From Podarcis muralis (Eukaryota), in NCBI RefSeq assembly GCF_964188315.1, contig NC_135668.1, forward strand, positions 41,416,001 through 41,480,000: a DNA stretch of 64,000 bases, in the 5' to 3' direction. Below the pieces are notes generated by a model that worked only from the letters and a program-made list of their open reading frames with translations, was not told the origin of the DNA and did no database searches. The position numbers and the translations under genes are program-made. Positions 22,291 to 33,345 of this stretch are shown piece after piece. The first letter of the stretch is position 1. The number at the start of each line of letters is the position of its first letter.

Positions 22291-25200
22291 AACTTGCTGA
22301 ACAATTTGCAGGAACTTCATTTACCTCTAATAAAGTGAGCTGTGGGTTTTGAAATGTTACAATAGATCAACGTATGGCCTCTGCTGTTTGGCGTGTGTTT
22401 CTTAAGCCTTTGTGAGTCACCTTAGCAATTATTTTCAGCCAGGTTTACTGAATTATAAAGAGTAACAAAGTTTTTAGAGCGGGGCGGGAAGAAATGTGAA
22501 TACATTTGAAGTGCCATGGGCCGCTACAAATGATATACCGTGATGGTTTAAGGATTTTCATGACGATCTCAGTATTTTCTGCGCAGTTGGAGGGTATGCC
22601 ATACAGCACATTTATATATACCCTATCAAGGGAGGACATTGGTAATCTTTCATAATATGGCGCCGTGAGAGACCAAAATTTGCGCCCCAAAAGGGAACTT
22701 GTCAATTATGGATCTTCTCCATTTGCACCCCTTCAGCTTGGCATCCTGTGGGGGAGAACCACCTTAAATCCGGCGCTGACCCTAAACCTCTGGCTTAGGC
22801 CTACCAGTACAAATGGACCTATTCTAAGTTGTAATCCAAAGATGAGGAGCCTCTGGCCTTCCAGATGTTGGTCTCCCATGCTGGCTGGGAATGATGGTTG
22901 GACATCCGAAGGACACATCCCATTCGGGCAACAGCACTGCAAAACAGGATGAGGGAGTGGGGTGGCCAGGGAGGTATTTCAGGGACCAGATAATGGGTCT
23001 GGAGGCACATTCACACCCCAGGCCTGAGGTTCCCCACTCCTGACCTAAAAGCAAGGGCATCGCTTTAAACTTGGGAAACATGCAGCCAATTTACTCAGAG
23101 TTATCCAACAGTTGGAAGACATCAGATTTTTCCTTTCACAGTTGATACTTTGCCTGTCATTTTCAGGGCTCGCTTAAAAAAAATTAATGCACATAGCATG
23201 TTATTAACGGTTTTAGCCATCCTCGATGCTTTTGAAGCTGAGTGGTTTTAGTTTATATAGATCTGTAAATCAGTCCTGTGGCATCCGCTGTGATTTATTA
23301 ATCCATTCAGTTTGCATCCTGCCCTTCCTCTTAATGCAGCCAAAGGCAGCGAGAGAATCACTAGAACATTATCATTAAAATCCCAGCTCTAAAAATGCTT
23401 TGAAACCAATCACAGTCTCTTGGTCACTGATTTCAGGGTTGGTTTCAGCTATTGATATTAGGGACCAAAGCCTTTAGTGTGGCAGGCTTTGCTCTGTGGA
23501 ACTCCTTGCCAAGAGAAGTCCAGCAGTTCTTACTGAAATATCCCTTTCCCACCAGGGAAGAAGGGTTTCCAGCAACTTCTCCCCCTTGTAGTTCCTGGGG
23601 TTCAGCATCCTAGCCTGGGTGGGACACCAGAGATGTTCTGTACTTTTGTCCATTTAGATTGCAGCAGGAACAGGTCCATTTCAGAGGCCAGCATCTGAAG
23701 AAGTCTTCCGGACTTCATTACTGTATTATGGAAACACTGCAGTCCCCAACAGAAAGGCGTATCAAAAGACCTGGAGGCTGCCTGGCATGACAAAACAGCT
23801 TCTAGGCATCTGGATGTTTATTTGAAGTTCATCTCAGTTCCTCCAGCCTGCAGCTGGACATCCTCAGCAGCTGATTTGATCCGGTTGAGCTGAGGACCAC
23901 TTGAAATAGCTTCTATCATTTCCTGACGACGTTTCAGAACCCTCAGATCTCCAGCAGGATGGAGCCCATAATACACCAAAGTCTTCTTTCCGGTGTTGCA
24001 TTTATTTCATTAACCAATCGAGGACGGCTTTCACTGAAAACTATTTCAAACAGGTGTGAGGAACTTTTCCAGCCTGAGGGCCACCTTTCACTATGAGGAG
24101 CCTTCTGAGGGTCATATTCCTGAGTTGGGTGGAGCCAGAAGCAAAAGTGGGTGGGGCGATAGATACGACAGTATAAATCTGAGGTTTTGACACAAACACC
24201 TCTCTCCAACCAGGTACATGAGAAACATTGTCTCAGTTCAAGGTCACATTCTGGCCAGGCAAAAGGTCTCAAAGAGCAGGGGGGCAGGGGCATAGCCTGG
24301 GTAGTGAGTGGACATGGCCTCAGAAAAGCCCCTGAGAAGCCTGAGGCCCCTCACTCCTGGACTAGAACTTTGTTATTCACACAATTTTTGCCACAGATGC
24401 TCAGCTTTCAACTAAAAAAACCAAAACTTAGCATAATGTATGTTTTGAGAGGAAAAAAGCTGCAAAAATCTGTATTTAAATGTAACATTTGGGCAGATTT
24501 GTTAACTGCAAGCAGCAACAATTTTGCGCAAGGGCTCCATTCCTGGTGCCCATATGCGTTGGTGGAGCACGCATAAACCCTCTCCGCCCTGTTAAGTCCT
24601 ATTTATGCCCCCATTACGTCCTGCTCCTGTTACACCCCCATTCTGTCCCCTTCTGGGTCCAAAAGGCCACACACATCTGTGATTGAGCGTCAATTGGACG
24701 TGCACAAAATGGTCGCCACCTGTACTTACCTGCACATGTGAGAAAGTGACACACGCCATGCTACTCAAAGTAGACCCACTGAAATTTTAAAAACCTTGTT
24801 AGTTGTGCCCATTAAAATTTAATGGGCCTACTCTAAATAGGACTAGCACTGGATACAACCCAGAGTGATTCATCAATCCCTTTCTTTCAAAAAGCATTTG
24901 TAACAGTAGTATCAGGCGATATTTATCTTGTTAGCAACACGGACAAAATAAGCGGTTTTTGCTTCTTTCATATAGCAGTGACATTTTCATTTCATCCCAA
25001 TAAATCAGCAATGGGGAACCAGTGGCCCTCCTGATGGAGATGGCATGATGCTCTGACGTGGAATTTAGGAACCTACTTTAGACTGAGTCAGACCAATAAG
25101 TCCATGTGGCTTAGTATTGTCTACACTGACTTGGCAGCGGTTCCCCAAAATTTCAGATGGAGCTCTCTCCCAGTTGAGGATTGAATCTGGGACCTTCTGC

Positions 25201-25578
25201 ACACTACAGCCCATCCCCTTAGGATTCCTGACCTATTTCACAGACCACAGATATTCCAGGGCTGTGTCATGAAATGACCTGAGAATTTAAAAGAAGTGAA
25301 AGCGTTGGTCCCTCCGCTAGCAAAACTGTCAAAACCTTAAATAAAACGAGGATCGCTTTCCATGCAGCCTTTCTTTTCTTCTTCTGCTCTCTTTTGCCAA
25401 CCTGTTATCGGTCCCTTCACTTTCACCTGCATATTAAAAGGAAGCCGCTTCCATAATTCATTACAGAGAAGTGAAATAACAACGGCATCAACATGAAACA
25501 AAAAAGTCATGTTCATTATTAGCATATAAATGGCACATTCTGTCTCAGTGTCACAAAATCACTTACGTTTTCATTGAT

Positions 25579-25708
25579 NNNNNNNNNNNNNNNNNNNNNN
25601 NNNNNNNNNNNNNNNNNNNNNNNNNNNNNNNNNNNNNNNNNNNNNNNNNNNNNNNNNNNNNNNNNNNNNNNNNNNNNNNNNNNNNNNNNNNNNNNNNNNN
25701 NNNNNNNN
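25579..25708. other. Assembly gap (130 N)
   Basis: Run of N. Confidence 1.
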
Positions 25709-26109
25709 GGCTATCCTCACCATATTTTCTTTTAATAATGAAGCAATTAAAAATACATGGATTGAAGATCTTATCTGATTTTTCTTCTGGCCTGCCTCTC
25801 CATTATTCATGAAGGGATGTGTTTAATTCAGAATTAGTAATTGCAGTTATTTCTAGCACAAATTGGGCCTTCTATTCTGTGCCATACTTCAATTTATTTC
25901 AGCAAATAGATAGATGGGAATATAAGCATGCCTGCCTCCCCCCCCCCAAAAAAAAAAAATTGAAATGGCACGTCAGCAATGCCAAACAAAATGTCATGAA
26001 CGGTCTTGTGACCCAGTGGTAATGCAGAAGAATGCTTGCAAATCAGAACAAACTAGGCATGCCCAATAATTTGTTTTAAAGACGCGTTTCCAACAATAAA
26101 ACAATAAAA

Positions 26110-26380
26110 GAAAGCAAATTGTCTCTTGGCAGCAGAGGTAGCATAAAACAATTTGCAGAGGGGACAATAAAACGCTTTTTACCTGGCCTAAAGAAGGTGC
26201 TATGTGACCCTGCCAGGGGTGACATTATTCCATCAGTCAGATGCCACCGCAGAAAAAGCACACGCTGGGAGGTGCTCACAGCTGGGCCTCTGAAGAGGAT
26301 CTTCAGGCAGAGATGTAACGACAGGTGGGGATCTTTCAGGTAGGCTAGTCCCAAGCCATCTAGCACAGGGATGGGGAAAC
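26110..26380 (-). mobile_element. Degenerate L2 3' fragment
   Basis: LGLAYLKDPHLSL... resembles L2 ORF2 C-terminal region. Confidence 0.6.
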
Positions 26381-26476
26381 TTCGTTTTTCTTGGCAATGC
26401 TCCATGCGGTTGTGAGTTTGGATGCTAGGAATAAGGAGATCTGAATGAACACGCCTCAAACCCAGAGACATCCACG

Positions 26477-26741
26477 CAGTGGTGGCTGGTGCCCATTGGA
26501 GGTGGTAGGGTGGAAGGAAGGGAGACCAACAGTAGGTGGCGCTAGAGCCAATGAGAGGCAGAGCCAACTAATTCTTGTTTGGTCCTCATCCTGCTCCCTG
26601 ATGAGTTCTACAAGGGGCAAAACTGATACAGAGGAGGAGGAAACAAACAGCAAGGACTACCCTCTGGACGGGGCTTGGAGGGATCAAGACTGAGGTTGGT
26701 GGGGCAGTGCCCCATTTGCCCTAATGGACCAGCGTCCACTG
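26477..26741 (+). mobile_element. hAT-like MITE, CTCF-motif family, full length
   Basis: Imperfect TIRs cagtggtggctggtgcccatt / aatggaccagcgtccactg; flanks catccacg / cgtccata consistent with a CpG-decayed 8-bp TSD. Confidence 0.7.
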
Positions 26742-27913
26742 CGTCCATACATTCATAACCTTGAAGTCAGTTATTTTAATGTATTTTTGGAGCGGGTTGG
26801 AAGAAACAAAAAGAAATACTTTAAGCAGAGTCCAAAAACTGATTGTTCTCCCTTCCCCTGAAAACAGAGAATAAGAACAATCGGAAAGAGAAGAAAGAGT
26901 AGATTGATGTGCAGCGGGGGAGGGGGAGTGCATCTCACGATAACGAAGACAAGAAAGGGATATGCAGAAACACAAATATTAATTCTATCAGAAGCATTTG
27001 TTTAAGACAATGCAGCCTTGAGTTTTGTTGAAGTTCTTGTCTTAATATAGTGACTGAAAATTGCTCAAATGTTTCCCCTCCCTTTTCATGCGCCATGTCT
27101 TGTTCAACCAAAACGGCAACATTGCTTTCTCGGACTATTGTTACGTTCAATAGCCAATCTAGCAAACAAGGCTTTCAAGTTTTAAACCATGTCGAACAAA
27201 GCAGAGATACATCCTCCTTTGCAAGAAACAGGATGGCAAGAGAACTCAAAAGGGTGACCTGGTATTTCAGCCGAGTGAATCGAGAACACTATAGACTGCC
27301 TGATGAGCTCAGACGCCAAAATAAAAAGGATTGTTACTGGGATTTTTTTTGTTAAATCAATGAATAAGAAGCATCCTCTGGTCATTCCACATTAATCTGT
27401 TTCAGAGACGCTGCTGCATGGAAGGCATGTTTAATTTTGGTACTAGTTTCAAATGAGTTCCATTGCTTCCTGCGATTGTCGGTAAATCTGAAGTTCCATA
27501 TTATAAAGTGCCACATCTGGCCCAGACCACGGAGTCCTCCAGACACCTCACAAGTCATGTACCTTGAGGAGGAAGCAGACCTCTCTGAATCCAATGAACA
27601 AGATACCCTTGGTTTCGTGACAGCTGAAAACACCACAGAGCATTTCAGCAGCAAAAAAAAAGCCAGAGTTCCTTTTCTTATTCCAAATGTTCTCATTCCA
27701 AAACCAAGAAATGGAACATGTGAACCATATGTCTAGCTTCCCTCTTTCTTTTTTATTTTGTATTTCAAGTTGCGGTGGTTTTAACAGGAATGACAAGGGA
27801 GGCGAAATTCCATTGGTTTTAACAACGGAAAGCCCTATCTTTTGTGTCTGTCCCAGGATGCACTGCTGGCCATCAGTCAGATGGCTTCAAAAGAGAAGCA
27901 GGCATATTCATGG

Positions 27914-28480
27914 TTGTTGTTGTTGTTGTTGTTTAGTCGTTTAGTCGTGTCCAACTCTTCGTGACCCCATGGACCAGAGCACGCCAGGCACTCCTGTCTT
28001 CCACCGCCTCCCGCAGTTTGGTCAGGCTCATGTTTGTAGCTTCGATAACACTATCCAACCATCTCATCCTCTGTTGTCCCCTTCTCCTTGTGCCCTCCAT
28101 CTTTCCCAACATCAGGGTCTTTTCCAGGGAGTCTTCTCTTCTCATGAGGTGGCCAAAGTATTGGAGCCTCAACTTCACGATCTGTCCTTCCAGTGAGTAC
28201 TCAGGTCTGATTTCCTTAAGAATGGATGCGTTTGATCTTCTTGCAGTCCATGGGACTCTCAAGAGTCTCCTCCAGCACCATAATTCAAAAGCATCAATTC
28301 TTCGGTGATCAGCCTTCTTTATGGTCCAGCTCTCACTTCCATACATCACTACTGGGAAAACCATGGCTTTATCTATACAGACCTTTGTTGGCAAGGTGAC
28401 GTCTCTACTTCTCAAGATGCTGTCTAGGGCTGTCATTGCCCTTCTCCCAAGAAGCAGGCGTCTTTTAATTTCGTGGCTGG
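27914..28480 (-). mobile_element. BovB (RTE) LINE, 5'-truncated
   Basis: Open frame SHEIKRRLLLG...AMVFPVVMYGSESWTIKKA...IDAFELWCWRRLLRVPWTARRSN...LND*; (CAA)n tail; 10-bp TSD ATATTCATGG (27904-27913, 28481-28490). Confidence 0.95.
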
Positions 28481-29468
28481 ATATTCATGGAGGAGAAAGC
28501 TATTTCCATGGCCATTATTCATAATGACTATATATGGCAGGGACGGATCATACCAGTCATGGCTTCTCCCAAAGGAAACTTAGGAGATGTAGTTTGTTAA
28601 GGGTGATGAGTTGTGTGGAGACCCTTAGCTACAATTCCCAGGGTGGTTTAACAATCAGTCCCTCTCCCCAGGGACCCCTTGTCATGCTACAGTTCCCAGG
28701 ATTCTTTGGGGGAAATCACAACTGCTTAAAGTGCTACAATACTGCTTTAAATGTATAGTGCAGATGGGAGCCTAGTCATTTAGGAGCAACAGCACAGGAA
28801 GGATAGTCTGGTTTGCCACTGAGAAACTAGACTAGACGGGCCTTTGGTCTGATCCAGCTGGGCTTCTTAGGTCCATATGTTTAGAGGACCATTGATTTCC
28901 ATGGGTCTGCATATGACTAAGTTGGAGATTTCCCATGGATCTTTACATTTTGAATGAGAGTTCTGCATTCACCACAGCTTTTAAAGAACACCAGCTCAAT
29001 GTTATACAACATTATCAGTTGCCATTCCAAAATTGTTCATTAAAACACAAGAGGTCATGCCCTCTAGATTAATTGATTCCAGAGATGAAAACACACAGAG
29101 AGAGACACACTACTTAATTGGGAGGGACATAAAAATAAAACTTACCAGCTCAAGTTGTAAAATCAGGTAAGCAATAAAATTAAAAGGAGGCTGGTGCATT
29201 GCAAACTGAGAATCCGTCTCCTGCATTGCCAGAACTCTCGCTTTTGCACAGCATTAGCCAGAGATTTATCGTTCACTGGGCACCACTAAAAATATCTAAA
29301 TGCCTGGACAATGGCACATTAGAGCCTTGTAAAATGAAAATTGAAGTAGGACTTGAAAGAGAATAGCATGAAATAACAGATTTAACTACTTCTGTACAGC
29401 TATGAAGAAAGCCGGTAAGACTGAGATTATGGTGCCAAGAAGCACACTTTCCATTTTTGATAGATTGT

Positions 29469-29758
29469 GGGGCCACATTCACACCATACAATTAAAGCTC
29501 TGTGATACCACTTTAAACAGTCATGACTTCCCCTCGCCCAAAGAATTATGGGAGCCACAGTTTGTTATAGGCGCTGCGTGTAGTTAGGAGACCCCTATTT
29601 GCTTCTCAGAGATACAATTCCCAATGTTTCCTGGGACTAATTGTTAAACCACTCTGGGAGCAGAATAGGGGTCTCCTAACAATTCTCAGCACCTTAAAAA
29701 AAAAAAGTCTACATAATTCTTTGGAGGAAGCCATGACCATTTAAAGTGGTATCATACA
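29469..29758. mobile_element. Palindromic MITE (same family as 1007-1298)
   Basis: ggccacattcacaccatac start, inverted internal arms, ends tttaaagtggtatcatacag. Confidence 0.7.
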
Positions 29759-29764
29759 GTCACA

Positions 29765-30105
29765 TAGGGATTTGACTCTCAGAGTCTAACTGCCAATGTG
29801 GGCAGTTGGAGTTTGGATTAAGTGGCCTCAGGAGAGGGAGTTGGTCTGTTGGGATAAGCTAGGCAGTGCAGTTTGATCCCATGAGGGGAAAGAAAATTGA
29901 GAAGGGGCTGAATGGGTATTGCTGGTTAAGAACAATAATAGCCATTCTAGGTGGGGAAAGTCTTTCTTGAGACTTAGTTTGGGAAAGAGTGTCATTTAAA
30001 ATTCTCTGTAAAGAGTGTGCTTCTTAAAACTAAGTCGTTGTGCCTCACTCCTGAAACCATCATGCTTTAAACCCTCAAAGAGAGTAAATAAATAAACAAT
30101 ATGTT
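29765..30105 (+). mobile_element. LTR-like fragment
   Basis: Purine-rich U3-like sequence then AATAAA; composition only, termini not identified. Confidence 0.3.
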
Positions 30106-31110
30106 GGACTTTCTTCGCCAACCAAGTTTGCGCAACGACTGGGGCGATGGAATAAAAACTTGCCCGCAATATCTCTGCTTATCTTTATTTTAAATAATAA
30201 TCAAACAGCTGCAACTCACAACCCCTCACCACTCTGTCTGCACCAGCCAGTACCATACAAAGCATTTGGTCAACTTAAATACAGTTTTCAAAATAATCAA
30301 TTACCCTATCACATCGCTGCATTCGGTGCAGCAGGTAAACTCCCCCCTGCTAATTAGTCAAATTGTTAAGAACTCACAGATGTGCTGCCATGCAGGTTAT
30401 AATTACAAACACACACCTCTGCGTAGCACCATTGACCACATCAATATTAAGGAAACCTAACACAATATAGTTTGGTTTCAGCAATTCATCCGCATACTGT
30501 GACCCTCTGGGTGGGGAATGAGTGGACACTGGGCAGCCTTCACAGAAGTACAATACATCGTTGTTGTGTAAACAAACACTACCACAAATGGTTAATCCCA
30601 GGTCTTTCCTGCATTAGTATTGGGTAGAGTATTATCTATTAAGACACCCATACAATCTGCCATGTTACCTAGCACCCATCTTCAGTGAGGGTGTCTGTGA
30701 CAATAAAATGGCGGGGGGCTTTAACAACCCAACTCCCAGAGTCCCCCAAATTCATTATTGGTCAGAGAAGAATGAACTGATGCAGGATCCAGTGAAAGCT
30801 AGGCAGATCTTTTTTTTTATTCTGTTGCAACAGAAGCCACACACACTTTAGGTAGGCGAGGATCCAGAACAAAAGTGTGTAAGGCTGTAGAAATTGCCCA
30901 GCCCCTTAGCCAAGGACCACCCCAAAAGCATGGGTCGCAGAAAGAGGGTGTCTACAACAGAAATTTGAGTGTGTGGCCTGCTTCCTGTCTGTCAAGATAT
31001 CTTATGTTTGCTAGGTGCACCTGTGTCACCAAGCAATAGACAGAATGACACTATTAAATTCTACAGTGATGAAAGCTCATGGAAGAAAGAAGTCGTCCAT
31101 GGGTGATCAG

Positions 31111-31250
31111 CAATGGTGGCTGGTACCCACTGAGATGCAAGATCAGGGATGCCAATAGCAGGTGGCGCCAGAGCCAATGACAAAGCCAACTCATTCTAAT
31201 ATTGACCCCATCTTCCTCCCTGTTGAGTTCTAGGAAAGCAACACTAAGGG
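31111..31250 (+). mobile_element. hAT-like MITE, CTCF-motif family, 3'-truncated
   Basis: caatggtggctggtacccactg start and agcaggtggcgccagagccaatg core; a further copy lacking the core at ~41868-42005. Confidence 0.6.
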
Positions 31251-31439
31251 TCTGTACATGCTGCCCCTTTGAAGCACCTTTGAAGCACATTCTGCCCTCC
31301 AAGAATTCTAGGTACTGTAATTTGTTAAGGCTTGCTAGGAACTGTAACTCTGTGGGGAGGGAGTTTTTTGAAGGAAAGAGTGTGCTTTGAATGCGCTTTA
31401 TCATTTGTAGGCAGCCTGAGACTATGGAGGAGGAAGCTG

Positions 31440-31700
31440 ACGGCCGGGGCTATCCTCCTGATATCAGGGAATTAAATATGCTTCCTTGCAGCTCACCAGA
31501 GTCTTTCCTGACTCTCTCTCACTTGGTGATCAAGCGCAGCTTTCTCTTCCTGCACTGACTCCCCATCCCGGCCTATCCTAGCTTCCTTCGCCACCCCCTC
31601 GCCCGCCAAAGGCTCAGCAATAACAGATTATTTTTTTGCGACCTACTTTGTCGAGAAAATTGCCTGTATTCAGCCTGACTTTGCTGTCACAACTCTCGAG
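31440..31700 (+). mobile_element. L2 ORF2 internal fragment
   Basis: FATYFVEKIACIQ resembles the L2 EN-RT linker motif. Confidence 0.5.
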
Positions 31701-32203
31701 CAGCGATAACATTTTTGCTACATTCTTCTCTCTTATCTCTGAAAAAAATCACCATGGTAATTTTCTTAATGCTTTCAAACTTCCATTGCATAGCCGAAAG
31801 ACTCGGAGCGCAATGGAAGCAAGCAACATGCCTGGGAGAGAACATTGTTGTCGTAACCAGCAATAACGAATGCTGCCCAAATTGTCTGCGCAAGTGTGCC
31901 ATTTGTTGAAGGAGGGAAAAGTGGCGTTGGTCCTGTGTGTGGGAGTGTAAGGGATGCGTGTGGACATACATGTGCTTGGCTGTCAGCTTACACCAGGGGG
32001 AGGGACCCTTTTTCTTCCTGAGGGCCAAATTGCCTTCTGGGTGAACCTTCTGGGGGCCACATGCCAGAGGCAGGTGGGACCATAAGCAAAAGTAGGTGGG
32101 GAAACAAATGTAAATTCTACTTTTGTGCAGTAGGCTTGATTCTACACACAATCACACACCCCATTCACACCCATCTATTGTAGACAGATGCCACCCACCT
32201 CTG

Positions 32204-32616
32204 TTGTAGTCCCACGCTGCTCAGTCACGGCAGAGCTCAGGGGTGGGCAAGGCCAGCTAACCAGCCAAGTCTCAGGGGGGTATTTGCCTGGGGGCAGAGT
32301 CCAAATGCAAGTTTCAGTCCAGTCCTAAGGTCGGGAGTATCTCAGTTCACGTAGACAGACGGTCCAGGGGTCAAGAAAGCCAAGAGTCAAAGGTCGCAAG
32401 AAGCGGCAAGGTCTGGCCAGGAACAACAAATGTTGTTTCCAGCAACTGACTGAGGCTGGGAACTCTGCTTAAGGAGAGTGGAGCCAGCTGGTTCTCATCA
32501 GGAGCAAGAAGGCTGATCACCCGCAGGTGGAGTCACTCTGCCTTCTGCTCCTTCAGGCTGCTGCTCAACAGGTGAAGCCGACTCCTGGCCCATGAAAACC
32601 CCTGTCATTTGCCTCT
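32204..32616. mobile_element. LTR-like insertion flanked by 17-bp direct repeats
   Basis: Solo-LTR-like composition; GATGCCACCCACCTCTG at 32187-32203 and 32617-32633. Confidence 0.45.
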
Positions 32617-32739
32617 GATGCCACCCACCTCTGGCATTTGACATACAGATGGTAAAGGTTGAAACCACAGAGAAAAACCAGCTGTGTGCCTGCCTTCTCA
32701 TTACTGCGCATGATTGAGGAACAGCATTGTACACTTCGC

Positions 32740-33345
32740 CTTTTCTGTCTATACTTCCATCTTCCCTACAAGACCCTCTTAGGTGTTTAAGATCAGCAGA
32801 GGCCTCCTTTCCAACTTTTTCCTACACAAAACTGGGAGGCCTGCCTTCCAGGACATGCTCCTGGGCAACTCACATGACCCACACCTCGCAAGAGAGAGCA
32901 AGATCGCTGCACCCAAAATGGCCGCCAAGATGGCCGTCATCAAAAAAATGGGATGTCCCATTTTTCCTGAGGCACTTGGAAGGTATACAGAGGGTAGTTT
33001 CCAATCTATGGAACTGGCACTGTTACACGTGCCACGTAGCACTCTTAAGAAATGTACATTTTATGTGGCAGCACTCATACTTTGGAACTTCCTGCATATT
33101 GATATCAGCCAGGCACCAACTTCACTGTACTCCTTTCAGTGCCTGCTAAAAACAATTTTATTTAGACCAGCCTAGCCAGAATGCTGACATGTGTTTTAAT
33201 CTGTTTTTAGTTTAGAGCTGGTTTTAATTATTTGAATGTTTTAAATTGCTGTTTTTAACTCTTCTGTTCTTTTTGTAAATTGCTTTGAGTTTTTATTTGC
33301 AGTCATGTGGCGTATAAATTTTATGAAATAAATAAATGAATGAAT
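32740..33345 (+). mobile_element. Old L2 3' fragment interrupted by an insert (~32820-33000)
   Basis: AALILWNFLHIDISQAP...FQCLLKTILFRPA* and (AATA/AATG)n tail. Confidence 0.65.

Noticed and set aside
23695-23717. CTGAAGA followed by a hairpin, hammerhead-like
   Set aside because: No GAAA after the stem and no helix I.
31780-31819. 10-bp stem with internal loop, SECIS- or miRNA-like
   Set aside because: No AUGA/GA quartet, too short for a pre-miRNA, compatible with chance.
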